Shown: positions 1 to 10,367 of the stretch, one piece after another
How the letters are laid out: the number at the start of each line of letters is the position of its first letter
How positions within the stretch are numbered: position 1 is the stretch's first letter
Assembly: GCA_902596165.1 (NCBI GenBank)
Contig: CACJSU010000004.1
Span: forward strand, 35,864 to 99,863
Reading direction: 5' to 3'
Source of the DNA: an uncultured SAR86 cluster bacterium
GTDB lineage: Bacteria; Pseudomonadota; Gammaproteobacteria; Magnimaribacterales; D2472
Length of the DNA: 64,000 nucleotides
Notes under the pieces: generated by a model
The model's database searches: none
Told to the model about the DNA's origin: nothing
The model's input: only the letters and a program-made list of their open reading frames with translations
Made by a program: the position numbers and the translations under genes

Positions 1-1319
1 ATCGAGGGGAGATTGCTCTGCGAGCTCTTAGAGCTTGTAAAGAGCTTAACCTAAAAACAGTTGCAATTTACTCAACCGGAGATAAGGAGCTTAAGCACTT
101 AAGATTAGCCGATGAAACAGTTTGTGTTGGACCAGCCAGCCCCCTTGAAAGTTACTTAAACATCCCCTCAATTCTCTCGGCTGCTGAATTAACAGGAGCA
201 GATGCAATATATCCTGGATATGGTTTTCTTGCTGAAGATGCTGATTTTGCTGAAAGATGTGAAGCTAGTGGATTTATATTTATTGGCCCCTCTTCCAATG
301 TTATCCGCCAAATGGGAGATAAAATTACTGCAAAAGGACTTGCAGAAGAGTCAAATATTCCGATCGTACCAGGCTATAAAGGAGAAATCCCTGAATCAGA
401 TATAGAGATTAAAAAAATAGCAGCGAATGTTGGCTATCCTATGATAATTAAGGCTTCAGCAGGAGGCGGCGGAAGAGGCATGCGAGTTGTGCATACAGAA
501 TCAGAATTAATCTCATCACTTCAGCTAACCAAGCAAGAAGCAAAAAACGCTTTTGGAAATGACACTGTATATTTTGAAAAGTTTATTCAAAATCCTCGTC
601 ATATAGAAGTACAAATTGTTGCAGATGGGAAAGGTAATGCTATTCATCTTGGTACCAGAGATTGCAGCATGCAAAGGAGGCATCAAAAAATTATTGAAGA
701 GGCTCCCGCTTTAGGTATTAATCAAGCATCCCTGGAAGAAACACTTAAGGCATGCTTAACGCTCTGTAAAAACATTCAGTATTCTGGTGTCGGCACCCTG
801 GAGTTTCTGTATGAAGATGGAGAATTTTATTTCATCGAAATGAATACAAGGATACAAGTTGAACATCCTGTGTCTGAGATGATTACTGGCTTTGATCTTG
901 TAAAAGCACAATTAAAACTTGCCTTGAATATGGAGATAACTCTCGATCAAGAAGAAATAATATTTAGAGGTCATGCTATGGAATGCAGGATCAATGCCGA
1001 AGATCCAGATACTTTTATTCCATCACCAGGAATAATTAATAAAATGCATCCACCTGGTGGATTTGGAGTTAGATTTGATGCGCATATTTATTCAGGATAT
1101 GAAGTGCCTCCTTATTATGACTCTCTGCTTGCAAAAATTATTACAACTGCCAACACAAGAGAATCTTGTATCAAAAGGATGCTGAGTGCTTTAGATGAAT
1201 TTTTTGTTGATGGCATAAGTACCAATCACTCCTTGCATCAAAAACTATTAGAAGATAAAACTTTCTGTAAAAATGAACACAACATTAACTATCTTGAGGG
1301 ATCTTTTTTAAAAAAATGA
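1..1319 (+). CDS. accC: Acetyl-CoA carboxylase biotin carboxylase subunit (5'-truncated by window edge)
   Basis: Frame of ORF 312..1319 is open back to base 3 and reads RGEIALRALRACKEL...LADETVCVGP; GGGGRGM, RDCSMQRRHQK, EMNTRIQVEHPV, YYDSLLAK motifs. Confidence 0.97.
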   Translation, partial: RGEIALRALRACKELNLKTVAIYSTGDKELKHLRLADETVCVGPASPLESYLNIPSILSAAELTGADAIYPGYGFLAEDADFAERCEASGFIFIGPSSNVIRQMGDKITAKGLAEESNIPIVPGYKGEIPESDIEIKKIAANVGYPMIIKASAGGGGRGMRVVHTESELISSLQLTKQEAKNAFGNDTVYFEKFIQNPRHIEVQIVADGKGNAIHLGTRDCSMQRRHQKIIEEAPALGINQASLEETLKACLTLCKNIQYSGVGTLEFLYEDGEFYFIEMNTRIQVEHPVSEMITGFDLVKAQLKLALNMEITLDQEEIIFRGHAMECRINAEDPDTFIPSPGIINKMHPPGGFGVRFDAHIYSGYEVPPYYDSLLAKIITTANTRESCIKRMLSALDEFFVDGISTNHSLHQKLLEDKTFCKNEHNINYLEGSFLKK

Positions 1320-3721
1320 GTGTAACTGAATACAATCCTGCAGAAGTAGAAAAAATCATCCAAAAATCTTGGAAAGAAAATAATTCATACAAAGCAACTC
1401 CTTCAAAGACAAAAGAAAAATTCTATTGCTTATCTATGTTTCCTTACCCTTCAGGAAAATTACATATGGGTCATGTTAGAAACTATACGATCGGAGATGT
1501 GATTTCTAGATTTAAGAGAATGCAAGGCTTTAACGTTTTTCAGCCAATGGGGTGGGATGCATTCGGCCTTCCAGCAGAAAATGCAGCTATCAAAAATAAA
1601 GTTGACCCACAAAGTTGGACTGAACAAAATATTGAAAATATGAAGTCACAATTAGAAAGGTTGGGCTTCAGCTATGATTGGTCGAAGGAGCTTAAAACTT
1701 GCGATCCTGATTATTTTCGATGGGAACAAGAAATTTTTACCTTGCTTCATAAACAAGGTCTTGTGTATAGAAAAAAATCCTTGGTTAATTGGGATCCTGT
1801 TGATGAGACGGTATTAGCAAATGAACAAGTCATTGATGGCAAGGGATGGAGATCTGGAGCAACTGTTGAACTCAAAGAAATTGATCAATGGTTTTTAAAG
1901 ATTACTGATTACGCTGATGAATTGCTTTCATCTATTGAAAATTTAGATTGGCCAGAAAATGTAAAATCTATGCAGAAAAACTGGATTGGCAAGTCATTTG
2001 GTTCAGAAATTAAATTTTCTTTACTTGGTGAAAAAGAGTTAACTGCCTTTACTACAAGAATTGATACGATTTATGGGGTAACTTATATAGCTATTTCCCC
2101 CAATCATCATATAGCTCAAGCTCTTGCAAGTGAAAGTCACGAAGTTAATGAGTTCATCAAAAAATGTAATGCAACTAAAATGGCAGAAGCTGATATGGCT
2201 AAAGCTGAAAAATTAGGACTTAAAACAAATCTTAAGGTTAGGCATCCTTTGTTAGGCACCAACCTAGATGTGTGGATTGCAAACTATGTTCTGATGGACT
2301 ACGGAACTGGAGTGGTGATGGGCGTACCTGCTCATGATGAAAGAGATTATGAATTTGCTCAAAAATACAATATTGAAATTAAAAAAGTTATTGAATGTGA
2401 TGAATTGCCATCGCCTAAGAAAGGAGCTCTTGTCAATTCTGATAATTTTTCTGGACAGGAATCGGATGAAGCCATTAAAAATATTAATAACTACCTAGAA
2501 AAAAATAGCATTGGTAAAAGTATTGAAAATTTTAGACTAAGAGACTGGGGTGTAAGCAGGCAGAGATTTTGGGGTTGCCCAATACCTGTTATCTATGAAG
2601 ATGGTGAACCTGTTTTTTTAGAGAACAATGATCTGCCGGTCAAACTTCCCAAAATCGAAGAGGGAGATGCTCCCAAACCATTAAGCCAAAATAAAGCTTT
2701 CTTTGATTTAGGTGCTAAAAAAATTCGCGAGGTAGACACTTTTGATACGTTTGTAGATTCGTCATGGTATTACGCGAGATTTACAGCAGCAGACAATAAG
2801 GACAAAGCATTAGACGAAAGTTCAAAGTATTGGCTTCCTGTCGACCTTTACATTGGAGGGATTGAACATGCAATATTACATCTTCTTTATTCAAGGTTCT
2901 TTCACAAAGCAATGAGAGATATGGGTTTGGTTGATGGCGATGAGCCTTTCAAAAAACTTCTTACACAAGGTATGGTTCTAAAGGATGGCTACAAAATGTC
3001 AAAGTCTAAAGGAAATACTGTGGATCCCCAAAAGTTTATTGATAAATATGGAGCCGATACCATTAGACTTTATATGATGTTTACCTCTCCACCAGAACAA
3101 TCATTGGAGTGGTCGGATACAGCAATCGAGGGCTCATACAGGTTCCTTAAACGTATATGGAATCTCTTATCAGAAAGAAAACAATTTTCTGAAAAGCACC
3201 CAGATCAATTTACAAAACAAGAGCTTGAGCTTCGTCAAAAAAGTCATATAACTCTCAAAAAAGTTACTCATGACTATGCGGAACGCAATTCATTTAATAC
3301 AGCAATAGCATCAATAATGGAGTTATTGAATGCTGTTCCAGAATCTTTCAAGGCCAATGATGCGACTTTAGCTCAAAGATTCTGTTTGGATGAAGTGATT
3401 CAATTTACATTAAAGATGTTATCGCCAATTACTCCTCACATTAGTCTGTATTTGTGGCAAGAGTATTCAGAATCTGATGGTAATGACTTTGAAAATTCTT
3501 GGCCAATCTATAATGAAGAATTTTTGCAATTAGAAGATTTTCAACTCATTATTCAGGTTAATGGAAAAGTAAGAGGAAAGGAAAATGTTTCTGTTGATAC
3601 AGAGCAAGCTGAAATAGAATTGTTAGCAAAAGAAAATGAAAATGTTAAAAAAATTATAGCTAACCATCCCATAAAAAAGGTAATCTATGTAAAAGAAAAA
3701 TTAATTAATTTCGTAATTTAA
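1316..3721 (+). CDS. leuS: Leucine--tRNA ligase
   Basis: MFPYPSGKLHMGH (HIGH), KMSKS, CP1 editing domain GTGVVMGVPAHD; 801 aa. Confidence 0.98.
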   Translation: MSVTEYNPAEVEKIIQKSWKENNSYKATPSKTKEKFYCLSMFPYPSGKLHMGHVRNYTIGDVISRFKRMQGFNVFQPMGWDAFGLPAENAAIKNKVDPQSWTEQNIENMKSQLERLGFSYDWSKELKTCDPDYFRWEQEIFTLLHKQGLVYRKKSLVNWDPVDETVLANEQVIDGKGWRSGATVELKEIDQWFLKITDYADELLSSIENLDWPENVKSMQKNWIGKSFGSEIKFSLLGEKELTAFTTRIDTIYGVTYIAISPNHHIAQALASESHEVNEFIKKCNATKMAEADMAKAEKLGLKTNLKVRHPLLGTNLDVWIANYVLMDYGTGVVMGVPAHDERDYEFAQKYNIEIKKVIECDELPSPKKGALVNSDNFSGQESDEAIKNINNYLEKNSIGKSIENFRLRDWGVSRQRFWGCPIPVIYEDGEPVFLENNDLPVKLPKIEEGDAPKPLSQNKAFFDLGAKKIREVDTFDTFVDSSWYYARFTAADNKDKALDESSKYWLPVDLYIGGIEHAILHLLYSRFFHKAMRDMGLVDGDEPFKKLLTQGMVLKDGYKMSKSKGNTVDPQKFIDKYGADTIRLYMMFTSPPEQSLEWSDTAIEGSYRFLKRIWNLLSERKQFSEKHPDQFTKQELELRQKSHITLKKVTHDYAERNSFNTAIASIMELLNAVPESFKANDATLAQRFCLDEVIQFTLKMLSPITPHISLYLWQEYSESDGNDFENSWPIYNEEFLQLEDFQLIIQVNGKVRGKENVSVDTEQAEIELLAKENENVKKIIANHPIKKVIYVKEKLINFVI

Positions 3722-4846
3722 ATGAACTACATCACTCCTTTCGACGACTATCCAATTCACCAAGCAATAGAGCCAATTACTATTCCAGGACCGACTGATA
3801 GAAATTTTTATGACAGATATTTTTTTAATGGTATGGATCCTGAAAATGAGTATATTTTTGAAATTGGCATAGCGCTCTATCCAAATAGGCATGTGATGGA
3901 TGCTCATTTCAGTATTTCTTACAAAGGTAAGCAATATTCATTTCATGCAAGTCAACGCCTTGATCAAAATAGAGTTCCAATCAATATTGGTCCTATGCGC
4001 TTAACTATTGATGAACCTATGAATGAACTTACATTCTCTTTGAAGGATCCTGATAACAAGTTAAATTGCAATCTTAAATTCTCAGCTAATTCTGTTGCCC
4101 ATCAGGAACCTCGATCACTAATGATGGAGGGCACTAGAACTATCATGAATACCATTAGGTTTACTCAACTAGGTAAATGGACAGGCGAAATATCAACCGA
4201 AGCTGGAAAACTAAATCCTCAAGCAATATATGGAATTAGAGATAGGTCATGGGGCGTCAGGCCCGTTGGCGAGCCAGAAGGCGGGGCTCCAGGAATGTTA
4301 AACCAAGAACCTGGAGTGTATTGGTGCTGGGCTCCTGTCCACTTTAATGGATTTTGTACACAATTTGGAACATTTGAAGATAGGGATGGGAATACAACAC
4401 AAATTTCTGGACATAAATTACCCCTGTATGAGGACATGACTTCTGCTCCATCTGAAATTGAAGTAGAAACCATTCATTCTCTTCGTCACTCTGTCAAATG
4501 GCAAAAAGGCTCACGCTGGGCAACTGGAGCTAATATATCAGGCGTGCTAAAAAATAAAGAAAAATTTGATCTAGAGCTTGAAACAATTGGCCCAATATTC
4601 TTTTGTAAGGGCATTGGATACCAACATGATGAATGGAAGCATGGTATATGGAGGGGCGAAAGCGATACAGGCTATGAAGTTTGGGATTTGTCTGCCATTG
4701 ATCCAGGAGATTATACGTTTTTTCATACACACCAAATTGCAAAAGCAACATTAGGCTCAGAAAAAGGTATTGGGATGCTAGAAAACTTAGTTGTTGGAAG
4801 ACATGACCCATCTGGCTTTGAAGATTTTTTTGATGGGGCAAAATAA
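3722..4846 (+). CDS. Conserved hypothetical protein, predicted beta-rich, possibly AttH/tocopherol-cyclase-like (hydroxyneurosporene synthase-like fold)
   Basis: 374-aa ORF starting immediately after leuS stop; DDYPIHQ, FYDRYFFN, RDRSWGVRP motifs. Confidence 0.6.
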   Translation: MNYITPFDDYPIHQAIEPITIPGPTDRNFYDRYFFNGMDPENEYIFEIGIALYPNRHVMDAHFSISYKGKQYSFHASQRLDQNRVPINIGPMRLTIDEPMNELTFSLKDPDNKLNCNLKFSANSVAHQEPRSLMMEGTRTIMNTIRFTQLGKWTGEISTEAGKLNPQAIYGIRDRSWGVRPVGEPEGGAPGMLNQEPGVYWCWAPVHFNGFCTQFGTFEDRDGNTTQISGHKLPLYEDMTSAPSEIEVETIHSLRHSVKWQKGSRWATGANISGVLKNKEKFDLELETIGPIFFCKGIGYQHDEWKHGIWRGESDTGYEVWDLSAIDPGDYTFFHTHQIAKATLGSEKGIGMLENLVVGRHDPSGFEDFFDGAK

Positions 4847-5297
4847 ATTTAATAAGTATTTCTTAATACTCATATCATTTTTTACAATTTATAGTTGTCA
4901 GTTTGAATGGGTTGAAGAGCGACGAATATATCTAAATAAAATTGAGTTTGGATTGAGCGTCAGGGATGCATTTAAACAAAAATCAATAAAATATTTTTCT
5001 GAAGATTCATCTAACAACGACTTCATCCTGAATATATCAAACCTTAAATTTAAAAAGAAAAATTTTTATGGCGGCTCTGGTGCAAGAGCACAACAGATAG
5101 AAATTATTGGCCAGCTTGAATATAGCTTCAGCAACATGACATCTAACTATGACGGCAAACTGGAAATCTCAGACTGGATTCAAGTGAATGAGAATAATCC
5201 TCAAGCAGAAATGACAGCGCAGCAAAAGATCATTGAGGAATTGGAATACTTGTTATTGGAAGATCTTTTACAGGAGTATTGGTTAATTGAAAGTTAA
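4833..5297 (+). CDS. lptE: LPS-assembly lipoprotein LptE-like (divergent)
   Basis: ATG 4833 gives a lipoprotein signal (…FFTIYS-C); position between leuS and holA is the conserved lptE slot. Confidence 0.65.
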   Translation: MGQNKFNKYFLILISFFTIYSCQFEWVEERRIYLNKIEFGLSVRDAFKQKSIKYFSEDSSNNDFILNISNLKFKKKNFYGGSGARAQQIEIIGQLEYSFSNMTSNYDGKLEISDWIQVNENNPQAEMTAQQKIIEELEYLLLEDLLQEYWLIES

Positions 5298-6285
5298 TTT
5301 TCTAAACTTTTCTGATCCCAAAGACCAAAAACATTTCTTGCTGACAGGGGGGGAATTGATCTTAAAGCAAGATGCTGTTGAGGGCATCTTAAATCATTTA
5401 AATAACAGTGGGTTTATTGAAAAAATATCAATATATCAAGATGAATTAGATGCAATCCAAGAAATAATTTCAAGAAACATAGGCGGATCTCTATTTCAAG
5501 AAAATTTAATTCTTCATATCAGACATACTTCAGGAAAATTTCCAGAAAAAATAAAGTCTCTTCTTGAAGACAACAATATTTTTAAATCCCCGAACATTGC
5601 TTTAGTTATTGAAACTAGTGTTGAAAAAACCCCAACAAGTGGATCATGGATTAAAAATTTTGATGCACATGGTCTAATTATTAATTGCAGTAAATTAAAG
5701 TTAATGGAAGAGAAAATTTGGCTTAAAAGACAGCTTAGCTTTTTACCGAAAGATTTGCTGCCAATCTTTGGAGGAGCGATTTTTCAAAATAATGAGTCCA
5801 ATCTTTTAGGTCAAAAAAATGAGGTGGATTTATTGAAGCTCTTATTCTTAAATAAAGATGAAACCTATGAGCCTAAAACAGATCATATAATCTTTGGGTC
5901 TGGTATTACTGCGTTTGAGCTTGAAGATTTATTAATAAATAGAGATTTTAACAAAGCCCTCATGACAATAAATTTCATGCGAGAGCATGATCGTCAAAAC
6001 TCTGCTCCAATCATCTGGATAATTGCCAAGGTTATCAATGCCTGTTTAGAATCACTTAAAGCATCAAATAAAAAGACTGCTTTGGTAAATAGTGGAGTTT
6101 GGTCATCTAAAATTAGTCTTTACTTAAACTTGATTAAACATGCAAAGGTCAAGGAATTTCTTAGTTTAAACGAAGAGATCCTAAAAATTGACCTCGTCAA
6201 TAAAGGTTTAATGAAAGCTGAGACGTGGGAGCAAATTGAAAGAGTTATTCTGAGGCTTCAAGATGCGACTGCATTGCAGCATTAA
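5287..6285 (+). CDS. holA: DNA polymerase III delta subunit
   Basis: 332 aa; LLTGGE, GGSLF, GVW and IDLVNKG motifs; leuS-lptE-holA synteny. Confidence 0.85.
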   Translation: MKVNFLNFSDPKDQKHFLLTGGELILKQDAVEGILNHLNNSGFIEKISIYQDELDAIQEIISRNIGGSLFQENLILHIRHTSGKFPEKIKSLLEDNNIFKSPNIALVIETSVEKTPTSGSWIKNFDAHGLIINCSKLKLMEEKIWLKRQLSFLPKDLLPIFGGAIFQNNESNLLGQKNEVDLLKLLFLNKDETYEPKTDHIIFGSGITAFELEDLLINRDFNKALMTINFMREHDRQNSAPIIWIIAKVINACLESLKASNKKTALVNSGVWSSKISLYLNLIKHAKVKEFLSLNEEILKIDLVNKGLMKAETWEQIERVILRLQDATALQH

Positions 6286-7093
6286 ATAATTTACTAACTT
6301 CTAAGTACCCACTATAATTCTCTTCAAGCTTGTAATCTGTTCCAATTAAATTAGTTAAAGGCAACATTCCTTTTGTTGAGCTAGTTAACCATATACAAGG
6401 AGAATCATTAAAGTCTGAAATTGCACAACTACCTTCCTTTACGCAATATGGACCATCCTTTAATGCTTTGATTAAGATTTCTCTTGTAATACCGGGAAGA
6501 ATATTTTCTGATAAAGAAGAAGTTCTAACAGCACCAGAAGCATCGAAGTAAAATACATTACTTGCTCCAGCCTCACTCATAAAGCCATCTTTGTGCATCA
6601 CAACCTCCTGACAGCCCAAAGACTTAGCCTTATTCATTGCAAGAATGTTGCCAAGCAGAGAAGTAGACTTAATGTTGCACCTGCCCCATCGCTCATCATT
6701 ACATAACATAGCGCTTACAGCTGAGGTAGGAAAACTTGCAGGCATGGCATAACCAAACCTTTCTATCTCAAGATCATCTTGATAAAGATGGGATCTAACC
6801 AAATCAACTCCTCTTGAAATTTGATAATATACATATCCGTCATGGTTCGTTAAAGTGTTTGCAAGCTCTTTAATTTCACCTATTGCTTTCTCATAATTAA
6901 TATCAAGCCCCATTTCGCTTGCGCTTTGTTTCATGCGATCAATATGCTCCATAAAACACAAAGGTTTTCCTGAAAAATATGGGATGACCTCATAAATACT
7001 ATCCGAAAAAGTGTAAGCACGAGATAGGGGCGAGATCCTGATTTTATCTAGAGTCTGTAATTTGCCCTGATATATAGCAGGGATATCAGTCAT
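6245..7093 (-). CDS. dat: Class IV PLP aminotransferase (D-alanine aminotransferase-like)
   Basis: FSDSIYEV, YYQISRG, IKSTSLL (PLP Lys), EAGASNVF, ILPGITR; follows dacA. Confidence 0.85.
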   Translation of the reverse strand: MTDIPAIYQGKLQTLDKIRISPLSRAYTFSDSIYEVIPYFSGKPLCFMEHIDRMKQSASEMGLDINYEKAIGEIKELANTLTNHDGYVYYQISRGVDLVRSHLYQDDLEIERFGYAMPASFPTSAVSAMLCNDERWGRCNIKSTSLLGNILAMNKAKSLGCQEVVMHKDGFMSEAGASNVFYFDASGAVRTSSLSENILPGITREILIKALKDGPYCVKEGSCAISDFNDSPCIWLTSSTKGMLPLTNLIGTDYKLEENYSGYLEVSKLFNAAMQSHLEASE

Positions 7094-8243
7094 TTTGATC
7101 CATGGAAAATAAGCTCATGATCCAGAAGACTATTCGAGCCCAAATTCTTCCAAAAAATCCTTTCTCCTGAACTGACTCAATAGCTATTAGTGGAGCAGAA
7201 AGAACTACTCTATCGTTAGATAGAAATTCAATATCTCCTATTACATCGCCCTGCGAGATAGGAGCCTGAATATTATTCTTAAAATTATAATTTGCTTTTA
7301 TATTTTTAAAATCTGATCTAGGCAAAGTCAACAAGATATCTTCATTGGTTCCGAGAGCAACTTCATCAATTTTGCCACCCCAAACCTTGGCAACTGTAAT
7401 TTCAGAATCTTTTGAGATTAATTTTTGAGTTGCAAAGAATCTAAAGCCATATTCCAGCAATCTTTGAGATGAAGTTAATCTTTCATTTTCTGAGGGACTA
7501 CCTGCTACTACTGCTATTAACCGCATATCATTTCGCTTAGCAGAAGAAATTAAACAATAGCCTGCTGTTTCAGTATGGCCTGTTTTAACCCCATCAACAG
7601 AATCATCTCTCCATAAAAGTTTATTGCGATTAAGTTGGCGAATACCGCTAAAGGTAAATTCTCTTTCTTTATAGGTTGCATAATGATCAGGGAAATTACT
7701 TATCATTGCTTTTGTTAAATGAGCCAGATCTCTGGCTGATGAGAAATGATTGGGATCTGTCCAACCAACCGCATTTTGAAATAAAGTATTACTTAGTCCT
7801 AATTCAGATGCATAAGCATTCATAAAATCTACAAACCCCTCTTCTGAGCCTGCAACATACTCAGCCATTGCAACTGTGGCATCATTTCCAGATTGAATCA
7901 CTATCCCTGATAGCAGGTCACGGACTGAAACTTTTTTTCCAGCCTCAATAAACATCTTAGAGCCACCAGTTTTCCAGGCTTTCTCACTAATTAAAACTTT
8001 ATCATCAAGGCTTATTGCTCCACTGGCTATCTGATCTGCAATAACATACCCACTCATTACCTTTGTCATACTCGCTGGAGAAATTTGATCATCAGAGTTA
8101 AATTCAGCTATGACAGTATTGGTATTGGCTTCAAGCAATATATAACCATCTAGGTTTAATTTGGGAGCTTTAGGTACCATGGACTGTGCAAGCCCCTCAA
8201 TACAAAATGGAGCTAAAAGGATAAGGCAAATTATTTTTTTCAT
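7086..8243 (-). CDS. dacA: D-alanyl-D-alanine carboxypeptidase (PBP5/6)
   Basis: SMTK (SxxK), SGN (SxN), KTG motifs; signal peptide and C-terminal amphipathic helix. Confidence 0.95.
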   Translation of the reverse strand: MKKIICLILLAPFCIEGLAQSMVPKAPKLNLDGYILLEANTNTVIAEFNSDDQISPASMTKVMSGYVIADQIASGAISLDDKVLISEKAWKTGGSKMFIEAGKKVSVRDLLSGIVIQSGNDATVAMAEYVAGSEEGFVDFMNAYASELGLSNTLFQNAVGWTDPNHFSSARDLAHLTKAMISNFPDHYATYKEREFTFSGIRQLNRNKLLWRDDSVDGVKTGHTETAGYCLISSAKRNDMRLIAVVAGSPSENERLTSSQRLLEYGFRFFATQKLISKDSEITVAKVWGGKIDEVALGTNEDILLTLPRSDFKNIKANYNFKNNIQAPISQGDVIGDIEFLSNDRVVLSAPLIAIESVQEKGFFGRIWARIVFWIMSLFSMDQND

Positions 8244-8250
8244 AATAGAG

Positions 8251-9282
8251 TTACTTGAATTCTAAGGATAAATCATACACGGCTTTGGCATAAAAATGAC
8301 TACGATTATATTTGGTAATCGCAATAAAATTATCATCGCCAATAAAATATAAGTCCTTTGGTTTATTTAATAAAATAATTTGGCCGCTCTTAATCAGATT
8401 CTTATCTTTAATATTGTTGAGACTCATCAAATCCATTAATTCAAGATCATGACTAATCGAAATTGATGATAGGCTATCTCCCTCTTCAACAATATATTTT
8501 TCTTCTATGCCCTCAGTAAACCGAAGAGGAATGTATTTATCTGAATTATTTTGGTGCTTATAGGTCTTGCTAACTTTATTAAGCTCGACTCTTTTAACTA
8601 TAGTGCCCTCTCTTTTCCAACCATGTTTTTTAAGATAATTAGCAATGCTTGCTACAGCATCCGGAACTGAATTAAACAGATCTGCATAGCCATCGCCATC
8701 ATAATCTATTGCATAAGCACGATAGCTCGAAGAAATAAATTGCCCATATCCCATAGCACCCGCGTATGAACCTTGAACAGAATTAATATCCAAATTATTT
8801 TCTCTGGTTAGAATGAAGAATTGTATAAGTTCGCTTTTGAAGAATTTTGATCTCCTTGGAAAATCAAAGCCAAGGGTTGCAAGGCTATCAAGCACTCTAT
8901 AACTACCTTTCACTTTTCCATACCTAGTCTCTACTCCTAAAATAGAAGTAATAATTTCTCTAGGCACACCAAACTGATCTTCAACTCTATCAAATAGAGC
9001 AGAATGTTCTTGTATAAATTTTATACCATTGGAGATACGCTTCTCTTCTAAAAAAAGTTTTCTATATCTATCCCAGGTCCAAGTGAATTCAGCTGGAGAT
9101 GACATTGATCGTAAAATCTTCTCCTGCTTTTTTGCAGTTTTGAGTATTTGAGTAACATAATTCTCATCAAAACCATGCTCATTTATCAATATTTCAATAA
9201 CTTCCTTTGCCTCAGGATGGTCAGAGTAATTTGCAAGAATTGCATTTGAAAGAACAAGAAAAAATATAAAAAAGTATTTCAT
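8251..9282 (-). CDS. mltB: Lytic murein transglycosylase B with internal LysM domain
   Basis: GVETRYG, GSYAGAMGYGQF, EF-hand DYDGDG, C-terminal NFIAITKYNRSHFYA; LysM-like YIVEEGDSLSSIS…NNI…IKSGQIILL. Confidence 0.9.
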   Translation of the reverse strand: MKYFFIFFLVLSNAILANYSDHPEAKEVIEILINEHGFDENYVTQILKTAKKQEKILRSMSSPAEFTWTWDRYRKLFLEEKRISNGIKFIQEHSALFDRVEDQFGVPREIITSILGVETRYGKVKGSYRVLDSLATLGFDFPRRSKFFKSELIQFFILTRENNLDINSVQGSYAGAMGYGQFISSSYRAYAIDYDGDGYADLFNSVPDAVASIANYLKKHGWKREGTIVKRVELNKVSKTYKHQNNSDKYIPLRFTEGIEEKYIVEEGDSLSSISISHDLELMDLMSLNNIKDKNLIKSGQIILLNKPKDLYFIGDDNFIAITKYNRSHFYAKAVYDLSLEFK

Positions 9283-10367
9283 TGGGGTAAGAATTTTTTA
9301 TGCGTGCCCATAGAAATAATTATGCCAAAAGTAAGAAATAATGACATCAATGACGAGCCTCCTTTACTAATGAATGGCAGTGGCATGCCAACAACTGGAA
9401 GCAGTCCTACTACCATGCACAAATTTATGATTAAATTTGCAGCAAAAGTAAGGCTTAAACCTCCGATAACTAATCTGCAAAACCGATCTCGTGCACTTAA
9501 CGCTAGATAAAAACATCTCAATAATAAAAATAAATAGACGCTTAACAATAATAAAACACCAAAAAATCCAAATTCTTCTCCAATTACAGAAAAAATAAAG
9601 TCAGTCTCTGTTTCTGGGAGAAAATTTAATTGTGTCTGGGAACCTTCTCCAAAACCTTTGCCCATCAAGCCACCCGAGCCAATTGCAACTTTTGATTGGA
9701 TGATATTCCAACTTGCTCCAAATGGATCAGATTCTGGATTAAAAAATGTTGCTATTCTCTGCCGCTGAAAAGGTTGCAACAAGATATTCCAAATAAAAGG
9801 TGAGCTTACGACCAGTAAGACTAAAGATCCGCCCATAAAGCTCCAACTCAAGCCGGATAGAAAAAGCACAAAAAGGCCTGAGCAGGCAATGATTAATGCA
9901 GTCCCAAGATCAGGTTGCCTAAAAACAATATAAAAACAACAAAAAATTGTTGCTAAGCTAATGATTATTTCTTTTCTTTCGATTGGGAGCTTTTTATTGA
10001 ATAGAAAATTCGCCAGAAAGATTGGTACTGCAAGTTTTAATAATTCAGATGATTGAAAAGATATGGGGCCAATCCTTATCCATCTTTGTGCTCCATTAAT
10101 TTCAGGGCCAAATAAATAAGTAATGCCTAAAAGCAGAAGTGAAAAGACTAGAAATAATCCTGATATTCTCCTAAAAATATCTGGGTCAGGCTGACTAACC
10201 AAAATCATAATAATGAATCCAGCTATAACATAAACAAATTGCTTTGACACAATGTTTATGTCTGCATTTGAAGCAGAAAATAAAAAAAATAAACCAAGTA
10301 TAGATAAAAAAAAGAGACTAAAAAAAATATATGGATCAAAGTAAATTTTTTGAAAGGGTCTATTCAT
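9279..10367 (-). CDS. rodA: Rod shape-determining SEDS glycosyltransferase RodA
   Basis: GAQRWI, FQSSELLK, QPDLGTA, LPETETDFIF, PFISKGGSS; multi-TM. Confidence 0.96.
   Translation of the reverse strand: MNRPFQKIYFDPYIFFSLFFLSILGLFFLFSASNADINIVSKQFVYVIAGFIIMILVSQPDPDIFRRISGLFLVFSLLLLGITYLFGPEINGAQRWIRIGPISFQSSELLKLAVPIFLANFLFNKKLPIERKEIIISLATIFCCFYIVFRQPDLGTALIIACSGLFVLFLSGLSWSFMGGSLVLLVVSSPFIWNILLQPFQRQRIATFFNPESDPFGASWNIIQSKVAIGSGGLMGKGFGEGSQTQLNFLPETETDFIFSVIGEEFGFFGVLLLLSVYLFLLLRCFYLALSARDRFCRLVIGGLSLTFAANLIINLCMVVGLLPVVGMPLPFISKGGSSLMSLFLTFGIIISMGTHKKFLPQ

Noticed and set aside
202-405. 67-aa ORF, and Met312 as the accC start
   Set aside because: The short ORF is out of frame inside accC, whose frame continues to the window edge with canonical N-terminal motifs
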